From contig CM119264.1 of assembly GCA_051294375.1 (NCBI GenBank), forward strand, positions 11,697,027 to 11,753,284: DNA of 56,258 nt. The letters are read 5' to 3'. The notes beneath the pieces were generated by a model. It was not told where the DNA came from, searched no databases, and saw only the letters and a program-made list of their open reading frames with translations. The translations under genes were made by a program, and so were the position numbers. The stretch is from Paraspadella gotoi (Eukaryota > Animalia > Chaetognatha). Below, one piece after another: positions 29,275-49,574 of this stretch. Numbering within the stretch: position 1 is the stretch's first letter; each line of letters opens with the position of its first letter.

Positions 29275-29417
29275 AAAGTCGAAGTTAAGTTAAATTCTAA
29301 TTTAAATCCATAACAATAAATTATTATCGGTTAGTAAAAATTGATAATCGTTTTTAAGGAAGTTTTTATTTTTTTACGAAAGTTTTATTTCAGATGAAAA
29401 CGATAGAGAAAATGAGA

Positions 29418-29482
<65 letters not shown>

Positions 29483-30077
29483 CAATCCGCTTGTCAACGG
29501 CAGGGCGAATTTTAAGTCCCCGCCGAATCCAATCCAACAATGGAAACCAGAGGGTTTTGTCACCAGTAGTACTAAATAAATGACTTCTTGGAATAAAGTT
29601 TTTCAAAACTTGATTTAAAGTTATTGAAGTGCAGCCGTCGCAACAAAATCAAAAGAAAGAAAGCATAAATAATATTTTTTTCATGTAATTCACGATCGAA
29701 GTATAAGGCTTAATCTAAAAAAGTACAAGGCTTAATCTAAAAATCAGCTTCTATTATAGTTCTATTGCATTAGTTATTTTTTCCTCGATTCGTCATCTAT
29801 TTTCATTTTTAAAAATGGAATAAAACTTACCTTCCCTATAACCAATTCCCCTTTGACCTTGAAATTTAAACCGTGATACTCACCCACGATCCAGCAGAAG
29901 CTATTTATTGACCCCTTTATAAGACATTAAGCCAAATGCTTCGCGACCATCACAGATTAAAGCTAATAGTGAATTGATAATTATTTATCTTAATATAAAA
30001 CAACGTCGCTCGAAGATGTAGTACGTTGTTTGTAAACAAATAAACTTTGTTTTCTCTTCAATCTTAAAACGTCCAAG

Positions 30078-30215
30078 AAAAGAAAAGAAAAGTATAAACA
30101 CAATATCCTCTCAAAGGTTTTACAAAACATTGGGAATTATTTCCTTATATATTACATAAAATATTCCTAATTACAATTTGGGTCAAAATTAAAAAACAAA
30201 ACAACATCATTCATC

Positions 30216-30254
<39 letters not shown>

Positions 30255-30440
30255 TCAATAAATTTTATTTATTTTTTACGAATTATTACTATTGATGATG
30301 ATGATGATGATGATGATGTTTTTTGGTTTTTTTTAAATTTTGACCCATTTTAATTATTATTTTTAAATTGTAAGGAAATAATTCCCAAAGTTCTGTAAAA
30401 CCTTTGAGAGGATATTGTGTTTAGACTTTTCTTTTCTTTT
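30078..30440. mobile_element. Foldback/MITE-like element with ~150-180-bp imperfect inverted arms containing (ATC)n/(GAT)n
   Basis: aaacacaatatcctctcaaaggttttaca mirrors tgtaaaacctttgagaggatattgtgttt, and gggtcaaaatt mirrors aattttgaccc. The arms differ by substitutions and no N-gap is adjacent. No TSD seen. Confidence 0.6.
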
Positions 30441-31161
30441 TACTAAAAAATCATTCAAATTTAAAAAATTTGTAATAATAACCTTTATCTAATGTTTTAA
30501 GCTTTATCGAAATCCAATAAAAAAATATTTTTTTTTAATATTACGTCAAATTGTATCATTTAAAGTAGCTTCCTATAAATTAAATCTTAAATTTTAAAAA
30601 TTTTTTATGATCTTTGCAAGCAATTAAGAATTGAACAATATTTTATTAAAAAAAACTTTCATCAAAGGATGTTCTTTTTAAAACATGTAACAGTGGAACG
30701 TCAAGCGCGGCATACAGCGCTCCCAAACGAGCAGTTCATTTGTTTCCCAGTTATCTCTTGCACAAAAAAAACCCAGCAATTATAGTAAGGATTTAAACCA
30801 AAAGATTATTTCCAAGGTCAAAATCTTCGAGTTCTTCAATACAGAACGAAAACCTTTACTCTACGGCATTTACTAGTAGATGAAACTATAATTTTACATG
30901 TTTGTCGCTCAGTAAACCTTTTTGAGCATTCGAAACAAAAGAGTGTTTCATTTGTACGCTAGAGGACAGTAGCAATGTAGGCCAACATGCAATGAACCAA
31001 GAAAAACAAAATGCTAGCCGTACTTTAATCTTTTTGATGAGAAAACGTGATGCCATTTATCGTGTATACATTTAATTTATGTTTAGATTTAACATAGTAT
31101 TAGTATCTACTTAATTTTATTAATATCAGAGATTTTAAAAATAGCTTATAAATGGACTTAC

Positions 31162-31329
31162 CTGTCAGATCCGGCAAACCAAAGTAAAAGTAAACAAAAT
31201 AAATAAATAGACTGTAGAAGACGATATATTACAAGGTCACTGTTACAATAATCTGAACGCGATGCGGTAAATCAATACGGATATCCCAAACATTGACAAT
31301 GTTTTCGTCTTCAAGTTTTCATCGTAATT
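31162..31329 (-). other. Exon-like 168-nt segment bounded by consensus splice sites
   Basis: cttttttacag| acceptor and CAG|GTAAGT donor. All three frames contain stops in the standard code. An internal acceptor cttctacag| would give a stop-free hydrophobic mini-exon SIYLFCLLLLWFAGSD. Confidence 0.45.
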
Positions 31330-31825
31330 CTGTAAAAAAGGGGCTCTGAATAATTGAAATTTATCACGCCCGCCTTTTGATTGAGAAACAACCCAATTAA
31401 TTTTTGACGTGCCGTCGATGAGGTTTTCCCTCGAGAGCGATCCGCAAAACCCGGGAAATGAAACACTTTCTCATAACTCAGTTTTGCCTAACCCCCCATT
31501 TCAACTATTCCTCCACGCGACTTCCCCCCCTTAATAATAGAGAAACATGCCTCTAGAGAAGTAATTGGGGATTCCGCAATGGGGATTGGGGACTGGGGAG
31601 GGCTAGGGGAAAAAATAAGAAAGAGACGCGGGAAAATATATAGGAAGGAAAGAATGGACAGGATCGGAGAAATACAGAAATCAGATCTGCAGATGCACGA
31701 GTTATGAAAGATGAAGCTGGAAAGATTTCAGGTGAAAACGAAGATGCAGGTGGACAGATGGAAGTGAATGGTCTAGATGAAAGGATAGTCCAAAAAAGAT
31801 GAAAAGAGGAGACAATGAGTCAAAG

Positions 31826-31930
<105 letters not shown>

Positions 31931-32279
31931 ACTCCTATCGATGACATTCTAAATTAATTTTATAAAATGAAATTCTTTTAAAAAATAATAGTTTATAAAA
32001 TGAAATTTTCATTCTTAATTCGCAACAAGGTATTGCGGTCGTAATAGAAAAAAAGTTAATTCTCCGATTCCTTAATTTTTTTTTCCGGCTCAGCATCCGT
32101 CGGAAAAATCATTACTACACCTCCGGGGATGGGGAAGGCGGGGAACTTAGAAAGAGGACGAGAAAAGACGCGGAAAAAAGACATTTCTGGAAAAAATATG
32201 AATCGTTAGATCTGTCTGGTTTTATGGGGAAAAGATAATTGGATGAGCGAGGTTGTTTCCTACCATACTTATGTCTTAT

Positions 32280-32329
<50 letters not shown>

Positions 32330-34180
32330 CCATAAGCGACGAGATAGTAAATCCTCCAAAAGTTCACTAATCTCTCCATTTTGGTAGACCCTGAACCAAA
32401 AATCTTTAGTTTCAAAGTTTTTTAGAGAAAAGAAGGAATAAAGTTAAAATGAGAAAAAATTTAGGAATTCGTCCACCTGGTTAGAGTGAGGGTGATAATG
32501 TTGTATCTGTTCGGTGTTTATTATATCAAGTACATTATAACAAGGCTAAAATGACAATAACTCTCATTAGACAAACATACATAAATCATAGTAACCTAAA
32601 TAAAAGAGAATTTAGTAATAACTGCTATCAATTTGATCATATTTTTCTTTAGTTGATAATAAGTATGTACACCATAGAAATATTGTGATCCTCTTGTGTT
32701 GGTGATTTCTTCACTGATTGTATCGTTCCAAGCAGTGACGGCTACGAAGTCTGCGTGAACGACTTTTTATCGGTGATGGCTTCGACGACGACGGTGGTGT
32801 TACCAACGACGTCCTCAATGACGCAGGAAATTGCGTCAGCATTGCCAATGGTCTCCCGAAATGCGTCGACAACGGCGTCACAAATGGCGTCTATAACGAC
32901 TCGCGCCACGACGCACGCGGTGGCGTCCGCGAAGGCGTCACATTCTACGCCAACATAGCCCTTCTTGCGGCGAAACGACACTTGCGAGCGGCGTATGGCG
33001 ACGAAACGGCGCCAAAGACGAAGAAGAAAAAGGAGATAAGGAGAGAAAAGAGGGAAAAATGGAGGAGAAAAAAGAAAAGAGGAGAAAGAGAAAAAAGAAA
33101 GGGAAATTGAGGAATAATCGGTCACAATGTGGAGAGACCGAGAGAGGATTAGTCGCGAGTATCGAAGAATTTCGCGAGAAAAAAAACGTTTAATTTTGCA
33201 TTGATCTCGATCGATCTCAGTCTAAAAAATAATATATATATAATATATACTATAATATAATATATAATACATATTATACATGGACGAGATTCTTCTTCTC
33301 CGAACTTTTCCACGGCCTAACGATGCTATCAAAAAACTATTCGATTAACAACGCGACTTGACCAGCCACGGACCCCGTCGCCTAGCAACCGTCATTTTTA
33401 CGTCCTGAGTTTAAAACGAAATGGAGGGGGAGGGACTTCGAAATGGCTCGATGATCTCGAGGGTGGAGCCGAAATTGGAGACTTTTACGTGGGCGAGATA
33501 ATTGAGAAGACGAGGATCACCAGATGCGGGGTTCGTGTGGAAAAAGAAGGGAGGCTAGAGAACCGAGGAAACGTTAGAAAAAAGAATGAAGGTGGGGATA
33601 AGAAAACGTGTTTTTGAGTGGGAAAAATTGGTGGGCCTTGTTTCTAGTTGTAAAATATGAATTTAGAAGATTTCTTTTCTTTTCGCTTTTAGCTTTTTAC
33701 TAATTAGACTCTAGACTAAAATTATCAGAGTAGACTAGAGTAGACTGAAGTTTCATTTTAATCCCCTTCATCTTTCTTTTCCGATCCATCCTTTTACTAC
33801 CCTCCTCTCCTTCTCCCCCCCCTCCCATTTCGCACTCTCCTCTCCCTCCTCCCATTTCCCTCCCTCCCCTCCAAAAACTCGTGACCGCGTTGCCCAGATT
33901 TCGAGAGGCGATGACCCAAATCGTCGAAGCGGGAAAATCGCGTTAAAGTCGACCGGCCGGTCGGTCGGTCCTCGCCGGGAGATGAACGAGGGGGCCGCGT
34001 ACGGGACGGGCAGAGTGGTCGGGCGAAGGGCAACGGATGGCGTCGGGAGCGGGCACGGGCGGCCGGTCAAAGACGGAAGCGGCGAAAATCTCCCATCTCG
34101 AATTCCGCGAATTTCGAAGTCGAATGATTTGCGAGAAATTAAAGTCGAAATGTAGCGGGCGGTGAAAAAGGGGGTTGACT

Positions 34181-34626
34181 GGGTAGTGGACGGTAGTGGA
34201 TAGTGGACGGTAGTGGTAGTGCGGGATGGACGTAGGGTATGACGTGGTAGTGGACGGTAGTGGGTAGTGGACGGTAGTGGTAGTGGACGGTAGTGGTAGT
34301 GGACGGTAGTGGTAGTAGACGGTAAGTGGACGGTAGTGACGGTAGTGGTAGTGGACGGTAGTGGATAGTGGACGGTAGTGGGGTTAGTGGACGGTAGTGG
34401 ACGGTAGTGGGGTAGTGGACGGTAGTGGATAGTGGACGGTAGTGGGTAGTGGACGGTAGTGGACGGTAGTGGGTAGTGGACGGTAGTGGATAGTGGACGG
34501 TAGTGGGTAGTGGACGGTAGTGGACGGGTAGTGGATAGTGGACGGTAGTGGGTAGTGGACGGTAGTGGATAGTGGACGGTAGTGGGTAGTGGACGGTAGT
34601 GGACGGTAGTGGGTAGTGGACGGTAG
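34181..34626 (+). repeat. Satellite of mixed 10-bp (GGACGGTAGT) and 7-bp (GGRTAGT) monomers
   Basis: Direct reading. Mirror copy at 45442-46376. Confidence 0.95.
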
Positions 34627-35779
34627 AAGTTGGATATGAGGCTTCGTTCAATCGGTCGACATCTTTAGATGAGGTCGCTGCATTTTTTTTTCCTACATGA
34701 TGGGCAAAGGAAAGCGAATCGAACGTTGTTGACCCTCGATTTCGTTTGATTTGCAAGAACCATTTTTAAGCTTGAGCTCCTTCTGTCAATCACCGCTGAG
34801 AGGCGTCCAAGTGAGAATTGAATCTGGGGCAAAGAAATCGGACGAGTTGAAAGAAGTTTGTGTTTAAAATTGGGTCAATTTCTTGCTTTGCAGGGAAGCT
34901 TTTGATCCCGAAGGATTTCTTTGCTTGTTAAATTCTAGTTATTAACTGGATTAGAAATAGTGTCCAAAAACAAGAATTAAAACGTCACGATCTCTGAGAC
35001 CGATTGGCGGGGACCCAGCCAAGCCATGCCATGCCTTACAGTCTCTTAGAAAAACGAGGTCGGTCGAACCGCGGGGTGAATCGATCTTGAAAACCGATCG
35101 AGTTTTGAATCACGCGAAGATCAATTCACGACGCAACGACTCACAAATACGTTTGGAGTTTTCTCTTTTTCTCGTAAATTTTGAATTGTGAATTTTAAGG
35201 AAAGTCGATAATCCGTGCGCATGATTTTAAAAAAGTACTGAATCTTGGCAAACTCCGTAAATCGGCCCAGAAGTTTTCAACCTCAGCTGAACACTTGCAC
35301 GTGAACACTTGATTGCTTCCAATGCGTAGAACCTTTTTGCCTTCGGTGTTTTTTGTTTTTTTATTTGTTTTGATACTCAGTATTAAAAAAAAAATTTTCT
35401 CCCTTAATTTTAACGAGAAAAGGTTTAGTAATTTTGTAATTAGAATATTATTTATTGCAGTCCGTCCGTGCGTCTGTTTATATCTTATGTCTTGAAGTCT
35501 AAAACTACAACCATATTATTTAAATACAAATTATAACGATGAATAACATATTAAGTCATGTTCTGAGATCCGCGTAACAAAACTCGTTTAGTCTGTTTCG
35601 TCGACGCGTTGGACCTTTTGTTTTGCCGACGATTGACTTTTCGTCGATTGCCTCTCAGGCGACGCGAGGCGAGAGTTTATTGCCGATAAAGAAGACGGCG
35701 GCGAAAAAAAACAAAAGGGGAAAAAGAGGGAAGAAGAGAAGGAAATTGAGTTTCGGCCTTTGGCGTCGAACTCTGGAAG

Positions 35780-36040
35780 CGCCATCTTGGAAAACAAGCG
35801 TAAAAAACGCCAATAATCCGCACGAGGAAGATGGAATCCCAACGAATTTGATTACATGATATTGTCACGCGATTATTATCTGTTTTATCTCGTTTTTTTT
35901 TTTATCATTCGTAATCACGTAAAACAAACTAGAAACAAACCAATAAAAATCAGTTTTGCTTCCATCACACTTTTTCGTCTTCGGTGTCGCGTAAGATAAA
36001 AAAACAGAAAAAAAAAACAAAACAAAAACAAAATGGCGCC
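35780..36040. promoter_or_regulatory. Putative bidirectional promoter between divergent ATGs (35785 minus, 36033 plus)
   Basis: CAAGATGGCG on the minus strand and AAAATGGCGCC on the plus strand (YY1-like/initiation context), ~250 bp apart and CpG-rich. ETS-like acttccgccggaa at ~36107-36119. Confidence 0.45.
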
Positions 36041-36339
36041 GATTTGGTCTCGCCGCCAACACATGAGTTTGAGCGAAAACAAAAGAGCGTCGTCGAATCG
36101 ACGCCGACTTCCGCCGGAAACGGCGCCAGTTTTCATATCATCGGCGTCGAATCTTAGCTTCTCTTTAGCGCCCCGAGTGGCGTCGGAGACACAGAAATCG
36201 GAACGACGGCGTTGCGATTCGAGAGACGTCGGAAGCGCGGGACGATGGGCGTCATCGTCGCGCGGCGTCGTTTTCCTCGTGGTGGCGTTCGTCGTCGTCG
36301 CCTCGTTAATCCCTAACGAAGTCGAAGCTCGAATTTTAG
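36033..36339 (+). CDS. Probable first coding exon of a secreted or membrane-anchored protein
   Basis: Open frame ending SRGVVFLVVAFVVVASLIPNEVEA-RIL (hydrophobic core plus VEA cleavage-like site), followed by phase-1 donor TTAG|GTGAGA at 36339/36340. Mirror copy near 43721-44033. Confidence 0.5.
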
Positions 36340-37185
36340 GTGAGAAAATTCTCTCCAAATCTTATTTCGTTGATGAGCACTCGTTTTTTTTTTCGTTTTT
36401 TTTTAAATTTTCTTCTTTTTTTGCGACAGTTCGCATCTTTTTTACTCACAAAGCTCTAGTACAAAACAAATTCGTTGTGTGTTTTGACGTTTGTTAGATA
36501 ACTATTCAGACTCCTTTAACCAGTAAGAGCCGTCCTTATATAAAATATATAACTTTGATTAAGAAAAAGCTAAGGATTGACGAAAAAGAAATACGAAAGG
36601 AAAGACATACTGTGAGGACCCGCGACTGTAGTTCGTACAAAAACGTTTCTTCTTTTTCAATTTAAGTCGAGTTGCATTTGAAATCGGGACTCGAGTCGTC
36701 GGCGCCGATTAATCTTCTCAAAAAAGACGTCAAAAAATCGCGAATCGATATTTCTTTTAAAAAAAAGAAAAAAAAAGAAATTGCTTGATTCTTATCAAAT
36801 TCAGTTTCTGTAGCCGTCAAGTCAAGGGGTCAAGGGGTCAAGGGGGTCAAGGGGGTCAAGTGGTAAAGAGAAACGCGTTTTTGGAAAAATAGAAAGATTA
36901 AATTGTTTATTTCCACAAAAAATCTAAATATCGTATGGTCTAATTCAAGAACATAACGTACATTATCCTACCAATTAGAGGACGCGTTCTCTGGAGAAGT
37001 CACATTATAGGCTAAAGAAGAACTAAAAATTAAAAGCGTTTCAAAAATGGCGTTTTTGTTTTCTCCCATTTTTATTTTATTCCAATTTCCGAAGAGGTCA
37101 AAGGTGCCAGGTTTTCCTTCACGTAAATAAACAAAAACAGTAATGAGGGTTAATTTATTCATCTCTCTCTCTCTCTCTCCTCTCG

Positions 37186-37270
<85 letters not shown>

Positions 37271-38419
37271 CGTAAATCCAGCTGCGAGAAGTGAAAAATA
37301 GGCCATGGTGTTTTCATAGTGGCAACATCTACAACGTTTACGGCGCGCGCAAAACAAATCGTAAAAAAAAGTTTCTTCTCTCGCGCGTCTCCTCCATTTG
37401 CGAAGAAGAATAAGAAAAAGAAAGAAAAAAAAATGTGAAAAAAAAAAAAAGAAATAAAATTGTTTCTTTTCTCTTCGGAAAAAAATAAGACGGAAATAAA
37501 AATGAGGGAATAAAAAGAATGGGGAGGAAATAAAATTTTGGGGACGCGGAAGGAGGACGGGGGACGACGGAGAATCACCGACCGGGGACGCTCCCCCGTT
37601 ATGACGAAAAACGCCGTCCGAGGTAACCCGGCGCGCCGTAAATAAAGCCTCGTAAATAAAACATAAACATTATATTTAGAAAAGCGGCGTCATTCGGCCC
37701 CGGGGGTCGTTTTCTATCCGGCGTCGTTCGCTATCCGGCGCCGAGGATTCCTTATAATTCCGGCAGAAGTTTTTTCCCCCTTATTTTCTTTTTCCTTTTC
37801 GTCTGCTCTCGACGACCGAGAGAGTTCGGGGGGGAGGGTGGTCCTGCTGAGGGGTGGATGGTGGAGAAGTTGGAATGAAGAAGAGAAAAGGAGAAAAATA
37901 ATAGGAAGGGAATTTGAAAAAAGAAAAGAGCTGAGAGTCAGCGGAGAGTTGGTGCAATTTGGCGATTGTTGACATGTCCGCTACTTAGGGGCGAGTAAAT
38001 TTCTATGAACACAAAATTGAATTTTATTGATCAGAGCCTCAGAGGGTCAGTAAGGTCATAACTTTCGAAAAATATTTCTTTTTCTCAAAGACAAACGTCA
38101 ATATTCCATGTCCAATTTGCTTCCATACATCATGATTATGATTTTTAAAATAAATTAACGAGAATCTGTGGAGGAATTTTAGAGACTCTAAGGCTTTTTC
38201 TTAAGCAAGAAAATTACCCGTCTCTCGAGTATAACTCCGCCAAAACGACTCTCTCCTTCAGATTAAGAAAGACCCATTGAGGATCGCGTTAAAGGCGGTG
38301 GTTAAAACCAAGGTAATCGTCGTCATAACATCCACTTTACTTCGCCGCGGTCACGCGCCGCCTCGCGCAGTCGCCATCTCAGCCGCCAGTCGCCGCCTCC
38401 GCCGCAGTCGCCGCCGCCT

Positions 38420-38731
38420 CTGAGAACTCCCCGTCTCGCGACGCCGTCTCATTCCAGACTCCGGGGGCAATTTTTTTGCCTTGACGTTTTGCCGAATTTC
38501 AAAGATTTCGACTCCTGCCACCGGCTGAGTTCGAGAGACGGACGGAAGATTTGCCGGAAGTTTTTCCGGCGGCGGAACCGGGGGAAGAAAGGGCTTGATC
38601 GGGTCTCGCGTCGACTGAGGAGGCTTCGGTCGGACATGGCGGACGCAGCCATTGGGGCGTCGCGATCCTCTAAGACGCTAGCGTGATTAATCTTGACGCC
38701 CACGTTAGAGACGAGGCCCGCTTTGCTATCA

Positions 38732-38764
<33 letters not shown>

Positions 38765-39230
38765 GATGACACAGCTTTAGTTGTTTCAGCCGCAGTAACA
38801 GTGCCCGCCGCACCGTGTTGCTGAAGGAAGATGTGGTGCTGTGAGAGATAGAGAGAGATAGAGAGAGGGAGAGAGAGATAGAGAGAGAGAGAGAGGGAGA
38901 GAGTTTTATGTTATAGCTTCCTTGAAGATGCCTTATATTATTCTCTCTTGTTATTATTTTGTGACTGCGCGGCAGAGAAGTGCAATATCAATAAAAATTC
39001 GTCGTCATAAACAAAACAAACTGGGGGAGAAGCAAAACATTGAAAAAAAAACCGAAAAATTCTAAAGATAACGATTCTTTTGGATATATAAGAGGAAGTA
39101 TTTGCACGTTTGCATAACATTAGGAGTTTTATTAACCAGCATAGCATAGAAGAAGAACGGTTATATTTGTGCATTAAAGCCGCGAAGGCCAAAGCTACCT
39201 TAATTTGTTCTCTCTCTTCTCTCTCTCTCT
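38420..39230 (+). repeat. Inverted, substitution-diverged copy of 49113-49957
   Basis: Reverse-complement match with base substitutions and a shorter (GAC)n tract. Confidence 0.9.
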
Positions 39231-39289
<59 letters not shown>

Positions 39290-39304
<15 letters not shown>

Positions 39305-40145
39305 GTCTCCATTGCAATCACATATATCTCTTCTCAAAAAAAAAAGAAGAAATGATTGCTGACGTCCTTTGAGAGTGACCAAGTGATGATGGAAGAGAGA
39401 GGAGAAGTGGTCCATTCCTTTATTGCTTAATCTCACATGACCCGGCCACTTTTTTTTTTCTCTTTATAATCTCCTCCTTGAGGACGAAGATTTCTTTTTT
39501 CAATCTCGACCATTCTGACGGGATTCGGGAATCTGTGCACAATGGAACATTTGAAACTTCAGTTCTTTGGCAAATTACTGTGCGGTTTTTCGAAATTCAA
39601 TATTTCATGGCAGCGAGATTGGGTGGCATCGCAATCTTGAAATTAAGGTATTGAATTATCTATATTGCTTTTCATAAAATGAATAGATAATTTTTTTTTA
39701 TTAGTTGTACCAATTTAATATAATTTTATATTTTAAAAAGTAGTTGTCTGTCATATTGTTATTATCATGTTCTTGAACAAGATTTAGTCCGAACAAATCG
39801 CATTGGTAAAACATGTATATAAAATGTAAAAAAAGCATAGGTATCGAGAATGAAAAAAGTAATAACTGGGAAAAACAGATTCGCAAAGGAAAGAAAAAGA
39901 GAAAATTAGGAAATGAGGGAAGGAAAATAAAGGAAATAAGGGAAGTAAAAGGTTATCAGTTGACTCTGTTCTTAAACGTCTGAAAAAAAAAATTCCTTTT
40001 CCTATAGATTGTCCCCTAACAACGCGTCAACGGGAAAAGCGCGACCTCGCGTTCGCGAGAGAAATAATATAAGCGACGTCATCACGCGCGTGCGCATAAC
40101 TGCGTAGCGGGAATAAAAGGATATTGTTTTGCGTGCGCCGAGAGA

Positions 40146-40213
<68 letters not shown>

Positions 40214-40740
40214 AGGGCCGCGCGCATTTTAGCCATTNNNNNNNNNNNNNNNNNNNNNNNNNCCCTCTCTCTCGGCGCACGCAAAACAATATCCTTTTAT
40301 TCCCGCTACGCAGTTATGCGCACGCGCGGTGATGACGTCGCTTATATTATTTCTCTCGCGAACGCGAGGTCGCGCTTTTCCCGTTGACGCGTTNNNNNNN
40401 NNNGAAAAGCATATAGATAATTCAATACCTTAATTTTCAAGTTGCGATGCACCCAATCTCGCTGCCATGAAATATTGAATTTCGAAAAACCGCACAGTAA
40501 TTTGCCAAAGAACTGAAGTTTCAAATGTTCCATTGTGCACAGATTCCCGAATCCCGTCAGAATGGTCGAGATTGAAAAAAAGAATCTTCGTCCTCAAAAG
40601 GAGGAGATTATAAAGAGAAAAAAAAAAGTGGCCGGGTCATGTGAGATTAAGCAATAAAGGAATGGACACTTCTTCCTCTCTCTTTCCATCATCACTTGGT
40701 CACTTCTCAAAGGACGTCAGCAATCATTTCTTTCTTTTTT

Positions 40741-40795
<55 letters not shown>

Positions 40796-41645
40796 GTCTC
40801 CATTGCAATCACATATATCTCTTCTCAAAAAAAAAAGAAAGAAATGATTGCTGACGTCCTTTGAGAAGTGACCAAGTGATGATGGAAAGAGAGAGGAGAA
40901 GTGGTCCATTCCTTTATTGCTTAATCTCACTTGACCCGGCCACTTTTTTTTTTCTCTTTATAATCTCCTCCTTTTGAGGACGAAGATTTCTTTTTTCAAT
41001 CTCGACCATTCTGACGGGATTCGGGAATCTGTGCACAATGGAACATTTTGAAACTTCAGTTCTTTGGCAAATTACTGTGCGGTTTTTCGAAATTCAATAT
41101 TTCATGGCAGCGAGATGGGTGCATCGCAACTTGAAATTAAGGTATTGAATTATCTATATTGCTTTTCATAAAATGAATAGATAATTTTTTTTTTATTAGT
41201 TGTACCAATTTAATATAATTTTATATTTTACAAAAGTAAGTTGTCTGTCATATTGTTATTATCATTTCTTGAACAACGATTTAGTCCGAACAAATCGCAT
41301 TGGTAAAACAATGTTATAACAATGTAAAAAAGCATAGGTTATCGAGAATGAAAAAAGTAATAACTGGGGAAAAACAGATTCGCAAAGGAAAGAAAAAGAG
41401 AAAATTAGGAAATTAGGGAAGGAAAATAAAGGAAATAAGGGAAGTAAAAAGGTTATCCAGTTGACTCTGTTCTTAAACGTCTGAAAAAAAAAAGCCTTTT
41501 CCTTATTTCCCTAACAACGCGTCAACGGGAAAAGCGCGACCTCGCGTTCGCGAGAGAAATAATATAAGCGACGTCATCACCGCGCGTGCGCATAACTGCC
41601 GTAGCGGGAATAAAAGGATATTGTTTTGCGTGCGCCGAGAGAGAG

Positions 41646-41711
<66 letters not shown>

Positions 41712-41736
41712 AGGGCCGCGGCGCATTTTAGCCATT
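39290..41736. repeat. Direct-inverted-direct triplication: 39290-40237, inverted pieces 40263-40393 and 40404-40744, direct copy ~40780-41736
   Basis: Repeated unique strings, e.g. gggaaaagcgcgacctcgcgttcgcgagag at ~40032 and ~41527 and reversed at ~40353-40382. N-gaps at 40238-40262 and 40394-40403. Confidence 0.92.
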
Positions 41737-49073
<7,337 letters not shown>

Positions 49074-49074
49074 A

Positions 49075-49087
49075 ATCTCTCTCTTTT
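49075..49087 (+). other. Probable PacBio SMRTbell adapter remnant ATCTCTCTCTTTT
   Basis: Matches the start of the adapter ATCTCTCTCTTTTCCTCC... and sits exactly where the duplicated arm stops, directly before a 25-N gap. Caveat: CT repeats are common here. Confidence 0.65.
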
Positions 49088-49574
49088 NNNNNNNNNNNNN
49101 NNNNNNNNNNNNGAGAGAGAGAGAGAGAGAGAGAGAGAACAAATTAAGGTAGCTTTGGCCTTCGCGGCTTTAATGCACAAATATAACCGTTCTTCTTCTC
49201 TGCTATGCTGGTTAATAAAACTCCTAATGTTATGCAAACGTGCAAATACTTCCTCTTATATATCCAAAAGAATCGTTATCTTTAGAATTTTTCGTGTTTT
49301 TTTTTCAATGTTTTGCTTCTCCCCAGTTTGTTTTGTTTATGACGACGAATTTTATTGATATTGCACTTCTCGCCGCGCAGTCACAAAATAATAACAAGAG
49401 AGAATAATATAGGCATCTTCAAGGAAGCTATAACAATAAAACTCTCTCCCTCTCTCTCTCTCTCTATCTCTCTCTCCCTCTCTCTATCTCTCTCTATCTC
49501 TCACAGCACCCACATCTTCCCTACAGCAACACGGTGCGGCGGACACTGTTACTGCGGCTGAAACAACTAAAGCT

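Noticed and set aside
34139-34756. 205-aa and 192-aa (45236-45814) PSTTVHYPL-repeat proteins as confident CDS
   Set aside because: Openness follows from satellite composition. Mixed 7/10-bp units do not preserve frame, and the two copies enter the repeat in different frames.
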